Assembly (NCBI GenBank): GCA_016205975.1
Contig: JACQSK010000007.1
Span: 5,328-69,327 of the forward strand
Reading direction: 5' to 3'
From: Candidatus Uhrbacteria bacterium
Lineage (GTDB): Bacteria; Patescibacteriota; Patescibacteriia; UBA9934; GWF2-40-263
Length of the DNA: 64,000 nucleotides
The translations under genes and the position numbers were made by a program. Shown here piece after piece: positions 17,993 to 27,424 of the stretch (position 1 is its first letter; every line of letters begins with the position of its first letter). A model generated the notes under the pieces. It was not told the origin of the DNA, made no database searches, and saw nothing but the letters and a program-made list of their open reading frames with translations.

Positions 17993-18021
17993 ATGTTATA
18001 GGATCAGAGAAAATGCGTCAA
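17993..18021 (-). promoter_or_regulatory. Sigma70-type promoter for the candidate RNA
   Basis: TTGACG-17-TAACAT; perfect DnaA box TTATCCACA at 18039-18047. Confidence 0.6.
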
Positions 18022-18038
18022 GGGCAGATACCCATAGG

Positions 18039-18704
18039 TTATCCACAGAGGCGCTTACGAGCGGCTTCCAGCTCTTGCGCGGTTCCCACTGGCAACCAGA
18101 AGTTCGCTTGAACGCCAGCGATCTGGCTGGTTTTTGCGAGCACGGCAAGCGTTTGTGGAAGTCCGAACTCGGTAAACTCGCTTACATGGATTTCAACAGG
18201 CGACACTTGAAAGAAAGAATCGTTGAGCAGGTAGGCGCCGCACACGGCATTGCGGCCAGGCGCGAGCTCTCTGAAGTGTCCTTGCTCGATCACGGCGGCG
18301 GCTTTGAGGTCATGATCCGACAGGTGATAGAGAAGAGCCAGGTCATGGGCACAGAGCCGTTCGAGGTCTTCTTTCCGATACAGGTCGTCGCCGTTGACCA
18401 CCAGGAACGGACGTCGGAGATGGCTGCGCAGCAAGTGAACCGCGCCGGCGGTTCCTGAGAGCGGTTCTTGGATCACGTAGCGGATGGGCGTGTTGCGCCA
18501 GGCCGTGCCCAGATATGCCATAAGGTCTTCACGCAGATGGTTCACAACCACAAACAACTCGTCGACATTCTCCGGCAGCGCTGAAAGCACATGCGCGATG
18601 AGTGGTTTCCCGCAGATGTCGATGAGCGGTTTGGGGGTTTCGTGCGTGAGAGGCCGCAGGCGCGCGCCTTTGCCGGCCGCGAGGATGACCGCTTGCATAC
18701 TCAA
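18039..18704 (-). CDS. Sugar-phosphate nucleotidyltransferase
   Basis: AVILAAGKGARLRPLT..PKPL, SGTAGA, VNGDD. Confidence 0.9.
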   Translation of the reverse strand: MSMQAVILAAGKGARLRPLTHETPKPLIDICGKPLIAHVLSALPENVDELFVVVNHLREDLMAYLGTAWRNTPIRYVIQEPLSGTAGAVHLLRSHLRRPFLVVNGDDLYRKEDLERLCAHDLALLYHLSDHDLKAAAVIEQGHFRELAPGRNAVCGAYLLNDSFFQVSPVEIHVSEFTEFGLPQTLAVLAKTSQIAGVQANFWLPVGTAQELEAARKRLCG

Positions 18705-19771
18705 GATTGTTCCAAACGCGCGGCCACCTCGGCTTTTTTCAGCGCGAGGATGATCGGTTCCAGCCCTCCGTTCATGATGGCCGTGATGTTGTGGAAGTTT
18801 TCCTGGATGCGATGGTCGGTCACGCGGTCCTGGGGGAAGTTGTATGTGCGGATTTTTTCCGAGCGGTCGCCGGTGCCGATCTGTCCGCGCCGCGCCTCCA
18901 CGCGTTCTTTCTGGATCCGCTCTTGTTCGCCGGCGTAGACGCGGGCGCGGATGATCGACAGCGCGCGTTCTTTATTTTGTTTGAAGCTGCGTTCTTCCTG
19001 GCAGTACACCATGATGCCGGTAGGCAGGTGCGTGACGCGCACGGCCGAGTAGGTCGTGTTCACGCTCTGGCCTCCCGCGCCTTGCGAGGTTGTGGCTTCG
19101 ATCTTCAAGTCCTCTGGACGGATTTTGATGTCGAGCTCCTCCACCTCCGGTAGGATCGCCACGGTGACAGTGGAGGTATGCACGCGGCCAGCCTTTTCCG
19201 TTTCCGGCACGCGCTGCACGCGATGCACGCCGCTTTCATATTTCAGCTGGCTGTACGCGTTCTCGCCCTTGATTTCAAAAATGACTTCTTTGTAGCCGCC
19301 CACGTCGTTTCGGTTGGTTGAGATAAGTTCCGTTTTCCACTTGTGCGCCTCGGCAAAAAGCGTGTAGCCGCGCATGAGCTCGGCGGCAAACAGCGAGGAC
19401 TCGTCGCCGCCCGCGCCCGCGCGGATTTCGACGATGATGCTTTTCTTGTCCATGGGGTCGGGCGGGATGAGTGCGACGGTCAGCTCCTGTTCCAGCGCGA
19501 GGATGCGCGGCTCCAAGAGAGTGAGTTCCTCCTGCATGAGCTCCAAGAGCTCGGTGTCTTTGGACTGTGCGAGCGCTGACTTGGCTTCTTCCCGGTCTGC
19601 GAGCGCACGCTCGTAGCGCGAGCCGATCTCGACGATTTCTTTTTCGTCTTGGTAGAGGGAGTTCACTTCGCGCAGTTTGCGCGGATCAGAAAGCGTCTCC
19701 TGAGCGCTGAGCTTGGATTCGAGTTCGGTCAGGCGCGCGCGGTGCGCGGTGAGTTGGTCGGTGAGAGACAT
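18701..19771 (-). CDS. prfA: Peptide chain release factor 1
   Basis: ESGVHRVQRVPET (PxT), GAGGQSVN, RTYNFPQDRVTDHR. Confidence 0.97.
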   Translation of the reverse strand: MSLTDQLTAHRARLTELESKLSAQETLSDPRKLREVNSLYQDEKEIVEIGSRYERALADREEAKSALAQSKDTELLELMQEELTLLEPRILALEQELTVALIPPDPMDKKSIIVEIRAGAGGDESSLFAAELMRGYTLFAEAHKWKTELISTNRNDVGGYKEVIFEIKGENAYSQLKYESGVHRVQRVPETEKAGRVHTSTVTVAILPEVEELDIKIRPEDLKIEATTSQGAGGQSVNTTYSAVRVTHLPTGIMVYCQEERSFKQNKERALSIIRARVYAGEQERIQKERVEARRGQIGTGDRSEKIRTYNFPQDRVTDHRIQENFHNITAIMNGGLEPIILALKKAEVAARLEQS

Positions 19772-19817
19772 AATCGAAAAGCGTCCAAAGGAAAGGACGC
19801 TTTTGATTGTACCATTT

Positions 19818-20111
19818 TTACGCGGCGGATTTTTCTTTCTCCTCGCGCTTGGCGACTTTCCGGGCCGTGCGTTTGATCTTCTTGGCTTTTTTGCCAGTGA
19901 CCTCTACGACTTTTCTGGTCGCGCGTTCCTGGAACTTCTCCACGCGGCGGGCCGTGTCGATGATCTTCTGCTTGCCCGTGTAGAACGGGTGGCAGGCGGC
20001 GCACAGCTCTACTTGAATATCCTCGCGCGTTGAGCCGATTTCGTAGACCGTCCCGCAGGCGCAAGTGATCTTGGCGTTGGGGAAGTACTCTGGGTGGATG
20101 TCTTTTTTCAT
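19818..20111 (-). CDS. rpmE: 50S ribosomal protein L31
   Basis: [25 protein letters not shown]. Confidence 0.97.
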   Translation of the reverse strand: MKKDIHPEYFPNAKITCACGTVYEIGSTREDIQVELCAACHPFYTGKQKIIDTARRVEKFQERATRKVVEVTGKKAKKIKRTARKVAKREEKEKSAA

Positions 20112-20206
20112 AGTGGGCGCACACGGGAATATGTGCTTAACGGCCAGAGAATAACAGGGCGCTCTGAGGTTGTCAATTACCCGTTCGTGCCTCATGATGC
20201 GGCCGT

Positions 20207-21271
20207 ATGGCGACGCCGACAAGTCATTTTGATTATGTGCTTCCTCCAGAGCTCATCGCCCAGCATTCCGTCGTGCCCCGCGATCACTCGCGGTTGATGC
20301 GGTTGGATCGCGAGTCAGGCGCGTGGGAGCACAAGCGGTTTTACGAGATTCTGGGTGAGCTCCATGCGGGAGACGTTTTGGTCATGAACAACACAAAGGT
20401 GTTTCGCGCGCGGCTCGTGGCGCACGTGCATGGTCGAGCAATCGAGTTGTTTTTGCTGCGACCGCGCGGGGAGACCTGGGACGTGCTCGTGAGACCCGGG
20501 CGACACATGGCCGCTGGCGATACGATCACGGTTGGGGCCATGACTGGGCGCGTCGTGGCAAAGTCAGACGTCCTCTCCGTCCGATTTGACCGATCGGCGC
20601 AAGCGCTCATCGACTACGCCAACCTGCACGGCGAGATCCCCGTACCGCCGTACGTTCATGAGACTCCGGCGGATCTTCGCGACTATCAAACCGTGTACGC
20701 CCGAGAGACGGGGTCCGTGGCCGCGCCCACGGCTGGGTTCCATTTTACGCAAGAGCTTCTCAAAAAGATTCGCGAGAAGGGGGTCGAGATCCGTGAGGTC
20801 ACGCTGCATGTGGGGTTAGGGACGTTTCGTCCGATGAAGACGGCGACGATCGAGGAGCACGAGATGCACGCGGAGTTCGTCACGATTCTGCCCGAGGCCG
20901 CGCGAGCGATCAACGCGGCTAAGCGTGAAGGCCGCCGTGTGATCGCCGTGGGCACGACAAGCGTGAGGACGCTGGAAGGCGTCGCCGCTCAAACGTCTCC
21001 ACTTTTTTCCGATCGTGAAAAAGTGTCGACACAGCTTTTGGGTCCTTTGCGTCAGGAGGGTTACACGGGCGACGTGAATCTCTTTATCACTCCAGGCTTT
21101 TCGTTCAAGGTCGTCGACGCCCTCATCACCAACTTCCACTTGCCCAGGTCCACACTCCTTGTCCTCGTAGCCGCCTTTGCGGGACGAGAGCGTGTCTTGG
21201 CCGCCTACGAGGAGGCGGTCCGCGAACGCTATCGCTTTTTCTCCTTCGGCGACGCGATGTTTATCCGGTGA
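20207..21271 (+). CDS. queA: SAM:tRNA ribosyltransferase-isomerase
   Basis: [51 protein letters not shown]. Confidence 0.96.
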   Translation: MATPTSHFDYVLPPELIAQHSVVPRDHSRLMRLDRESGAWEHKRFYEILGELHAGDVLVMNNTKVFRARLVAHVHGRAIELFLLRPRGETWDVLVRPGRHMAAGDTITVGAMTGRVVAKSDVLSVRFDRSAQALIDYANLHGEIPVPPYVHETPADLRDYQTVYARETGSVAAPTAGFHFTQELLKKIREKGVEIREVTLHVGLGTFRPMKTATIEEHEMHAEFVTILPEAARAINAAKREGRRVIAVGTTSVRTLEGVAAQTSPLFSDREKVSTQLLGPLRQEGYTGDVNLFITPGFSFKVVDALITNFHLPRSTLLVLVAAFAGRERVLAAYEEAVRERYRFFSFGDAMFIR

Positions 21272-21273
21272 CA

Positions 21274-21302
21274 TTGACGCGGTTCTCCTTCTTCTCTATA
21301 CT
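21274..21302 (+). promoter_or_regulatory. rpsB promoter followed by a ~100-nt leader
   Basis: TTGACG-17-TATACT. Confidence 0.7.
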
Positions 21303-21404
21303 CTCGCCATAATTCATCCCACAGGCGGAACCACGCGTTCTGGCTCCTCCCTCGATTCAATCGTGGGTCCAGTCGCGCCGTCGAAGCAAAAAGGAAAAAA
21401 GCCT

Positions 21405-22136
21405 ATGCCCACGATCCCATCCCTTACCGACATGCTGAAAACCGGTATGCACTTCGGCCACCAGACGTCCCGTTGGCATCCCAAGATGAAAAAGTACATC
21501 TTCGGAGAGCGCGCGGGCGTCCATATTATTAATCTGGAGGAAACCCAGACGCAGCTGCAGGGCGCGCTCGAGACCCTGAAAGGCCTGGCTTCCCGCGGCG
21601 GGGTTATCCTCTTTGTCGGCACCAAACCTCAGGCCCAGGAAGCCGTGAAGACGTACGCGGGCGCGTGCGAGATGCCCTACGTCGTCAACCGATGGCTTGG
21701 AGGAACGCTCACCAACTTTGGACAGATCAAGCAAACCTTGAAGCGCATGAAGACGCTCAAGGATCAGCGTGATAAGGGCGAGCTCAAAAAGTATACGAAG
21801 ATGGAACAGCTCATGATCAGCCGCGAGATCGAAGACATGGAACACAAGTTCGGTGGCATCCAGCATCTCGTGAAGGCTCCTGACGCCCTGTTCATCATTG
21901 ACACCAAGACGGAAAAGACGGCTGTGAAGGAAGCCGAGGTCACGGGCATCCCCATCGTTGCCCTGTGCGACACCAATGTGAATCCCGCCGCGATCACGAA
22001 AGTCATTCCGGGAAATGACGATGCGGTGAAGGCTATTGAGCTCGTTTGTAAACTCGCCTGCGAGGCGATTAAGGAGGGAAGGGCTGAGGCCGTAAAGGTC
22101 GCGGCGACACCCAAGCAGACTCCAACCGAAGTATGA
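21405..22136 (+). CDS. rpsB: 30S ribosomal protein S2
   Basis: GMHFGHQTSRWHPKM, RWLGGTLTNF, PGNDDA. Confidence 0.98.
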   Translation: MPTIPSLTDMLKTGMHFGHQTSRWHPKMKKYIFGERAGVHIINLEETQTQLQGALETLKGLASRGGVILFVGTKPQAQEAVKTYAGACEMPYVVNRWLGGTLTNFGQIKQTLKRMKTLKDQRDKGELKKYTKMEQLMISREIEDMEHKFGGIQHLVKAPDALFIIDTKTEKTAVKEAEVTGIPIVALCDTNVNPAAITKVIPGNDDAVKAIELVCKLACEAIKEGRAEAVKVAATPKQTPTEV

Positions 22137-22720
22137 GCATCGACGCAAAGCTCGTTTCAGACCTGCGCGCGCAAACGGGCGCGGGCATGATGGACGCCAA
22201 GAAGGCGCTGGAGGAAACGCAAGGCGACCTCGAGCGCGCGATCACGCTTCTGCGCGAGCGCGGCGTGGCCAAAGCGGCCAAGAAAGCCGACCGCGAGACG
22301 CATGAGGGTCGCGTGCACAGCTATATCCACTCCAACGGGAAACTTGGCGCCATGGTCGAGGTTCTGTGCGAGACGGATTTCGTCGCGCGCAACGAAGCCT
22401 TTATTGCTTTCTGCAATGACCTTGCCATGCACGTGAGCGCGGCCGAGCCTCTGTACCTCTCGCGTCAGGACGTGCCTGAGGACATCGTCGCAAAGGAAAA
22501 AGAAATCTACACCGCCGAGATGGCAGGCCAGGGCAAGCCCGCCGAGGTGATCACGAAAATTATCGAGGGGAAACTCAACAAGTGGTATTCGGAGGTGGTG
22601 CTTCTGGAGCAGCCATTCATCAAGGACGAGGATGTGACCATCGAGGAGTTTTTGAAGGGGAAAATCGTGAGCCTGGGAGAGAACATGCAGATCCGCCGAT
22701 TCGCGAGATTCAATATTTAA
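22133..22720 (+). CDS. tsf: Elongation factor Ts (short form)
   Basis: LRAQTGAGMMDAKKAL, CETDFVA, GENMQIRRF. Confidence 0.97.
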   Translation: MSIDAKLVSDLRAQTGAGMMDAKKALEETQGDLERAITLLRERGVAKAAKKADRETHEGRVHSYIHSNGKLGAMVEVLCETDFVARNEAFIAFCNDLAMHVSAAEPLYLSRQDVPEDIVAKEKEIYTAEMAGQGKPAEVITKIIEGKLNKWYSEVVLLEQPFIKDEDVTIEEFLKGKIVSLGENMQIRRFARFNI

Positions 22721-22843
22721 GAGAATTGGGAGACCGGCCGTTGACGAAACGGTCGGTTTTTGATTAGATGGCGCTGTCGTTTGGCTGGGTGATTCTACCC
22801 CGTGACGACAGTCATCCTTTGCGTTTGGCGATAGACGGAGCGG

Positions 22844-23827
22844 TTGTTTACTCAGCCGCAAAGTCAATGTAACCAAATTGCGGAGAACATCATGGGTACC
22901 ATCCCTGTCTGGCTCAAGGACCTGATCGACAAGTTCAACGTACACGGCGACGACGCTGGTGTGGCGGGAGTGCTCAACAACTTCCCGCTCGTGATGCGTG
23001 CTGGCCGTCTGCTCATGGGCACCTCCGTCTTCCTCTCCGACCTCACCGCGCTCATCGACCGCTACGAAGCGAGCGAGCGTGAGGGTCAGACCAAGGTCGA
23101 GCGCCTGAAGGGTCTCAAGTATCCCAGCCTCACCGGGAAGAACTGGAGGGCCGACCTGCACACCTGGATGCAGGAGGTCTTGGATGCATTCCTGGGCTTC
23201 CACGTGGACGTGCCCGAACCGCCGAGCTTGAACCGCGCCCAGCGCCGGCTCATGATGAAGTACAAGCTCTGGCTCTTCTTCGTCCCTGCGATCGGCGAGG
23301 ACAAGTATCCGGAGCACTTCGTGAAGTTCGACTGGAACCGCTTCCTGTCGGGTGTCCCGGCCACCGCTCTCCCGCTCCCGGGTCGCTGGATCGCCTTGGA
23401 GGTGATCCAGAAGCCCAACTACCAGGATGGTCGCTACCCCAACGACCAGCTCATGGCCGACATCGGGATCACCACCCGTTTCGCCCACCCGCACTCCGGC
23501 AAGGGCGAGGGTGACGACCTCATGGAAGACATCCTCCCCAAGGTCGCCGAGGTGCTCCAGTCTCTGGGTGGAACCGTGAAGATTCAGTCCGCCCGGATCT
23601 TCAACTTCCTTGGGCACCTCTTCAACTGGTTGCGCCTCCACACCAGCGAGCACCGCCTTCCGAACCTGGGATCCACCAACTCGGTAGAGTGGTGCGAGGA
23701 GCGCTACGACTCGCACATTGCGCTCTTCGTGGGCCACTCCGACGACGGTGGCCTCGCCTTCGTTAGCGGCTACTGGCGCGGCTTCCGGGGCGATAATATC
23801 GGCTTCCGCTTCCTGGTGCAGTTCTAG
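22844..23827 (+). CDS. Hypothetical protein with a C-terminal CLec/FGE-like tail (possible DGR target)
   Basis: EW...GHSDDGGLAFV...DNIGFRF C-terminus; start uncertain. Confidence 0.65.
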   Translation: MFTQPQSQCNQIAENIMGTIPVWLKDLIDKFNVHGDDAGVAGVLNNFPLVMRAGRLLMGTSVFLSDLTALIDRYEASEREGQTKVERLKGLKYPSLTGKNWRADLHTWMQEVLDAFLGFHVDVPEPPSLNRAQRRLMMKYKLWLFFVPAIGEDKYPEHFVKFDWNRFLSGVPATALPLPGRWIALEVIQKPNYQDGRYPNDQLMADIGITTRFAHPHSGKGEGDDLMEDILPKVAEVLQSLGGTVKIQSARIFNFLGHLFNWLRLHTSEHRLPNLGSTNSVEWCEERYDSHIALFVGHSDDGGLAFVSGYWRGFRGDNIGFRFLVQF

Positions 23828-23886
23828 TCCCCTGGATCCCTGCCACGTCGCTCGCGAGTGACGTCCTCCAGCACACATCATCAACA

Positions 23887-23917
23887 GCGGTCACTGACGC
23901 ACAGTGGCCGCTTTTTT
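23887..23917 (+). terminator. Intrinsic terminator
   Basis: GCGGTCACTG/CAGTGGCCGC plus T-run. Confidence 0.7.
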
Positions 23918-23967
23918 GTTTCGTGCGATAAGTGCTAAAATCAGTCCATCATTTATATCCATCCTTT

Positions 23968-24972
23968 ATGCTTCGAATCGCGATCAATGGTTTTGGCAGA
24001 ATTGGCCGGACAACGCTACGCGCGGCCTGTGAGCGCAAGGGCGTCCAGGTCGTCGCCATCAACGACCTCACCGATCCCGCAACGCTTTCGTATCTTTTGA
24101 AACATGATTCCGTGTTTCGTACCTGGAACAAGTCCGTGAAGGCTGGCAAGGACTTCATCGAAGTCGATGGGGTGAAGATTCCGGTCTACGCACAGAAAGA
24201 TCCCACACAGCTTCCCTGGAAGGCGCTGAAGGTGGATGTCGTCATTGAGTCCACTGGCTTCTTCCGCAAGAAGACCGATGCGCAAAAGCACATCCAAGCT
24301 GGCACCAAGAAAGTCGTGATCTCAGCTCCGTCGGACGACGCGCCGACATTCCTCATGGGCGTGAACCACCAGCTGTGCAAGAAGTCCCACGCCGTCATCA
24401 ACAACGCATCCTGCACGACCAACTCTGCCGCACCGGTTGCGCAAGTTCTGGCCGAGGAGATCGGGGTGAAGAAGGCGATGCTCACCACGATCCATTCGGT
24501 GACGGCGAGTGAGAACTTGGTCGATGGACTCCCTAGCAAGAAAGACGACCTGCGCATCGGACGCAGTGCCATGATCAACATGATCCCGACCTCGACGGGT
24601 GCCGCCAAAGCCACGACCAAAGTCGTCACTGCGCTCAAGGACAAGTTCGATGGCATCTCGGTTCGAGTCCCTTCGCTGGATGTGTCTTTGACAGACTTCA
24701 CGTTTTTGATGAAACGAAACACCACCGTCGAAGAGATCAACAAGGTTCTCAAAGCTGCGGCGAAATCTGCTCGATGGAAAGGAATTTTGGGAGTGACCGA
24801 CGAACCGCTCGTGTCCACCGATTTTATTGGTTCGTCCTACGGCGCGGTCGTCGACCTCGACCTCACCCGTGTGGTGGACGGTGACCTCGTGAAGGTGCTT
24901 GCTTGGTACGATAACGAATGGGGATATACCCAGCGTCTTCTCGACCTCGTTCAGTACGTGGGCAAGCTATGA
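23968..24972 (+). CDS. gap: Glyceraldehyde-3-phosphate dehydrogenase
   Basis: INGFGRIGR, NASCTTN, WYDNEWGY. Confidence 0.97.
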   Translation: MLRIAINGFGRIGRTTLRAACERKGVQVVAINDLTDPATLSYLLKHDSVFRTWNKSVKAGKDFIEVDGVKIPVYAQKDPTQLPWKALKVDVVIESTGFFRKKTDAQKHIQAGTKKVVISAPSDDAPTFLMGVNHQLCKKSHAVINNASCTTNSAAPVAQVLAEEIGVKKAMLTTIHSVTASENLVDGLPSKKDDLRIGRSAMINMIPTSTGAAKATTKVVTALKDKFDGISVRVPSLDVSLTDFTFLMKRNTTVEEINKVLKAAAKSARWKGILGVTDEPLVSTDFIGSSYGAVVDLDLTRVVDGDLVKVLAWYDNEWGYTQRLLDLVQYVGKL

Positions 24973-26153
24973 AGATGCGCCGGCTCACCAATGCCATGAA
25001 TCTGCGCGGCAAGCGTGTTCTCGTGCGTATCGACGGGAACGTGCCCGTCAAAAATGGACGAGCGGTTGACGGGCCCCATGGGCGCATCGCGCGCTCGGCC
25101 GTGGGTATCAACTGGCTCTTGCAGCGTGGTGCGCGCGTGATTGTGATGACGCACCTGGGCTCGCCGCGCGGCAAGCGCGTGGCGGCCTACTCGATCAAGC
25201 CGATCGCCAAGCGCCTTTCCAGTTTGCTGGGGACGCGCGTGAAAGTGACGCGTTCGGTGGTGGGTGGCGATGTGGAAAAGGCGGTCAGGGCGATGCAGGA
25301 CGGCGAGGTGCTGATCTTGGAAAACGTGCGGTTCGATGCACGCGAGGAACAAAACGCGCCGTCGTTCGCCGAGGCGCTCGCGAAATTGGGCGACTTGTAT
25401 GTGAACGACGCGTTTGCCGTGTCCCACCGCGCGCATGCGTCCGTGGACGCGATTACCTCTGAGCTTCCCTCCTACGCAGGTCCACTTCTTGCCGATGAGC
25501 TTTCGGTGTTGAGCCGGTTGGGCGAGCGTAGCAAACGTCCATTCGTGCTCGTCTTGGGCGGTCTCAAAATGTCGACCAAACTTCCGCTCTTGCTTCGTCT
25601 GCTCCCCACGCTGGACCGCGTGTTGTTGGGCGGAGCGATCGCGAGCGCTTTTCTCGTCGCGCAGGGGCAAGAGGTCGGAAAATCGGCGTACGAAAAAGAG
25701 TCTGTGGCGCTGTGCGCGAAACTGCTAAAGGCGAACAAGGACAAGCTGCTGTTGCCCATCGACGTCGTGGTGGCGCGGTCGTTGCGCAAAGACGCGCACC
25801 GCCGGGTCGTCTCGGTGAGTGAGATCGGGCAGAGCGATCGGATCGTAGACATCGGCTCCAAGACCGTGAGCGCGTTTGTCCAGACGCTCAAGGGTGCCAG
25901 GACGATTTTGTGGAACGGCCCGCTTGGGTACTGTGAGCTTCAAGCGTTCTGCGCCGGTACGCGCGAGATCGCTCGAGCCGTCGGCGCGCAGACCGGGACA
26001 GCCACGACGATTGTGGGAGGAGGGGACACGCTCCCCGTGATTGAATCCTTAAAACTTGCCGAGACGTTTACTCTGCTGTCTACGGGCGGCGGTGCGCTGC
26101 TGCAATTTTTGTCAGGCGAGCCGTTGCCGGGCGTGGAGGCTCTGAAAAACTAA
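24969..26153 (+). CDS. pgk: Phosphoglycerate kinase
   Basis: [33 protein letters not shown]. Confidence 0.95.
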   Translation: MKMRRLTNAMNLRGKRVLVRIDGNVPVKNGRAVDGPHGRIARSAVGINWLLQRGARVIVMTHLGSPRGKRVAAYSIKPIAKRLSSLLGTRVKVTRSVVGGDVEKAVRAMQDGEVLILENVRFDAREEQNAPSFAEALAKLGDLYVNDAFAVSHRAHASVDAITSELPSYAGPLLADELSVLSRLGERSKRPFVLVLGGLKMSTKLPLLLRLLPTLDRVLLGGAIASAFLVAQGQEVGKSAYEKESVALCAKLLKANKDKLLLPIDVVVARSLRKDAHRRVVSVSEIGQSDRIVDIGSKTVSAFVQTLKGARTILWNGPLGYCELQAFCAGTREIARAVGAQTGTATTIVGGGDTLPVIESLKLAETFTLLSTGGGALLQFLSGEPLPGVEALKN

Positions 26154-26167
26154 GACCCCTAGGACCT

Positions 26168-27421
26168 ATGAAAATTGAAAGCCTCCATGCGCATGAAATC
26201 CTCGACTCCCGCGGGAACCCGACGCTCTCTGTGACGGTGATGTTGCGTAGCGGCGTGACCGGAACCGCGAGCGTTCCCAGCGGCGCGTCCACGGGCACGC
26301 ATGAGGCGCTTGAGTTGCGCGATGGCGATCCCAAGCGCTATCACGGCAAGGGCGTTCTGAGAGCGGCGGCGAACGTCCACCGCATCATCACTCCCGCGCT
26401 TGTGGGCATGAACGTGACCCGCCAGCGTGAGATCGACGCGACCCTGATCGCTCTGGACGGCACGGCAAATAAATCCGCGCTTGGCGCCAATGCGATCCTG
26501 GGAGTTTCTCTTGCTTGTGCACATGCTGCAGCTCGGGCAAAAAAGCTGCCGCTCTACGCCTACCTCCGTCGGACATACCAGCTACCAGCTACCAACTACC
26601 ACCTACCGATTCCAACCATGAACGTCCTCAACGGCGGCGCCCATGCCGGTTGGATTCTCGACTTCCAGGAGTTCATGATCGTGCCGCGCCAGAGGAAGTT
26701 CCGCGAGCGCGTGCGTTGCGGCGCGGAGGTTTTTTATGAGCTGGGGGAGCTGCTCAAGCAAAAAGGGTTTTCAACGCTCAAAGGCGATGAGGGTGGATAT
26801 GCCGTTCCTCTCAAGACAAACGAGGACGCATTCAAGCTCATCCTGCTTGCCATCAAGGCGGCGGGATACAAGCCCGGCAAGGAGGTGTCCCTCGCCATGG
26901 ATCCTGCGCTCTCGGAGTTGTACAACAAGAAAACCAAACGGTATGAACTCAAGCGCGAAGGCAAGACGCTCACGGCAGGCCAGATGATCGCGATGTGGGA
27001 ACGCTGGGTCAAGACGTACCCGATCGTGAGTCTGGAAGATGGACTCGATCAGGACGATTGGGACGGATGGGTCGCGCTCACCAAGCGTCTGGGAAAGAAG
27101 GTGGCGCTCGTGGGGGACGACTTTTTGGTGACCAACGCCGGACGGCTGGCCAAGGCGATCGAGTTGGGCGCGGCAAATACGATCCTCATCAAAGTGAATC
27201 AGATCGGCACGCTCTCGGAGACGATCGATGCGATTTTGCTCGCCAAGCAATTTGGCTACAAGGTGAGTGTCTCCCATCGCTCCGGCGAAACGGAAGACAC
27301 CACCATCGCCGACCTTGCCGTGGCCGTGAATGCCGACTTTATCAAAACCGGCTCTCTGTCGCGCTCCGAGCGTCTGGCAAAATATAACAGGCTTATGGAA
27401 ATTGAGGAGGAAGTTACTTAG
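26168..27421 (+). CDS. eno: Enolase
   Basis: [40 protein letters not shown]. Confidence 0.97.
   Translation: MKIESLHAHEILDSRGNPTLSVTVMLRSGVTGTASVPSGASTGTHEALELRDGDPKRYHGKGVLRAAANVHRIITPALVGMNVTRQREIDATLIALDGTANKSALGANAILGVSLACAHAAARAKKLPLYAYLRRTYQLPATNYHLPIPTMNVLNGGAHAGWILDFQEFMIVPRQRKFRERVRCGAEVFYELGELLKQKGFSTLKGDEGGYAVPLKTNEDAFKLILLAIKAAGYKPGKEVSLAMDPALSELYNKKTKRYELKREGKTLTAGQMIAMWERWVKTYPIVSLEDGLDQDDWDGWVALTKRLGKKVALVGDDFLVTNAGRLAKAIELGAANTILIKVNQIGTLSETIDAILLAKQFGYKVSVSHRSGETEDTTIADLAVAVNADFIKTGSLSRSERLAKYNRLMEIEEEVT
26575..26609 (+). repeat. 7-bp tandem repeat (CTACCAN x5) inside eno
   Basis: ATACCAG CTACCAG CTACCAA CTACCAC CTACCGA. Confidence 0.8.
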
Positions 27422-27424
27422 CGT

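Noticed and set aside
18039-18047. Replication origin, from DnaA boxes
   Set aside because: Only isolated boxes (18039, 39537); no cluster, AT-rich unwinding region or dnaA
22157-23884. Long antisense ORFs (22157-23884, 44611-46173, 9937-11130, 7324-8460 and others)
   Set aside because: Shadow ORFs from high GC3 on the opposite strand of better-supported genes
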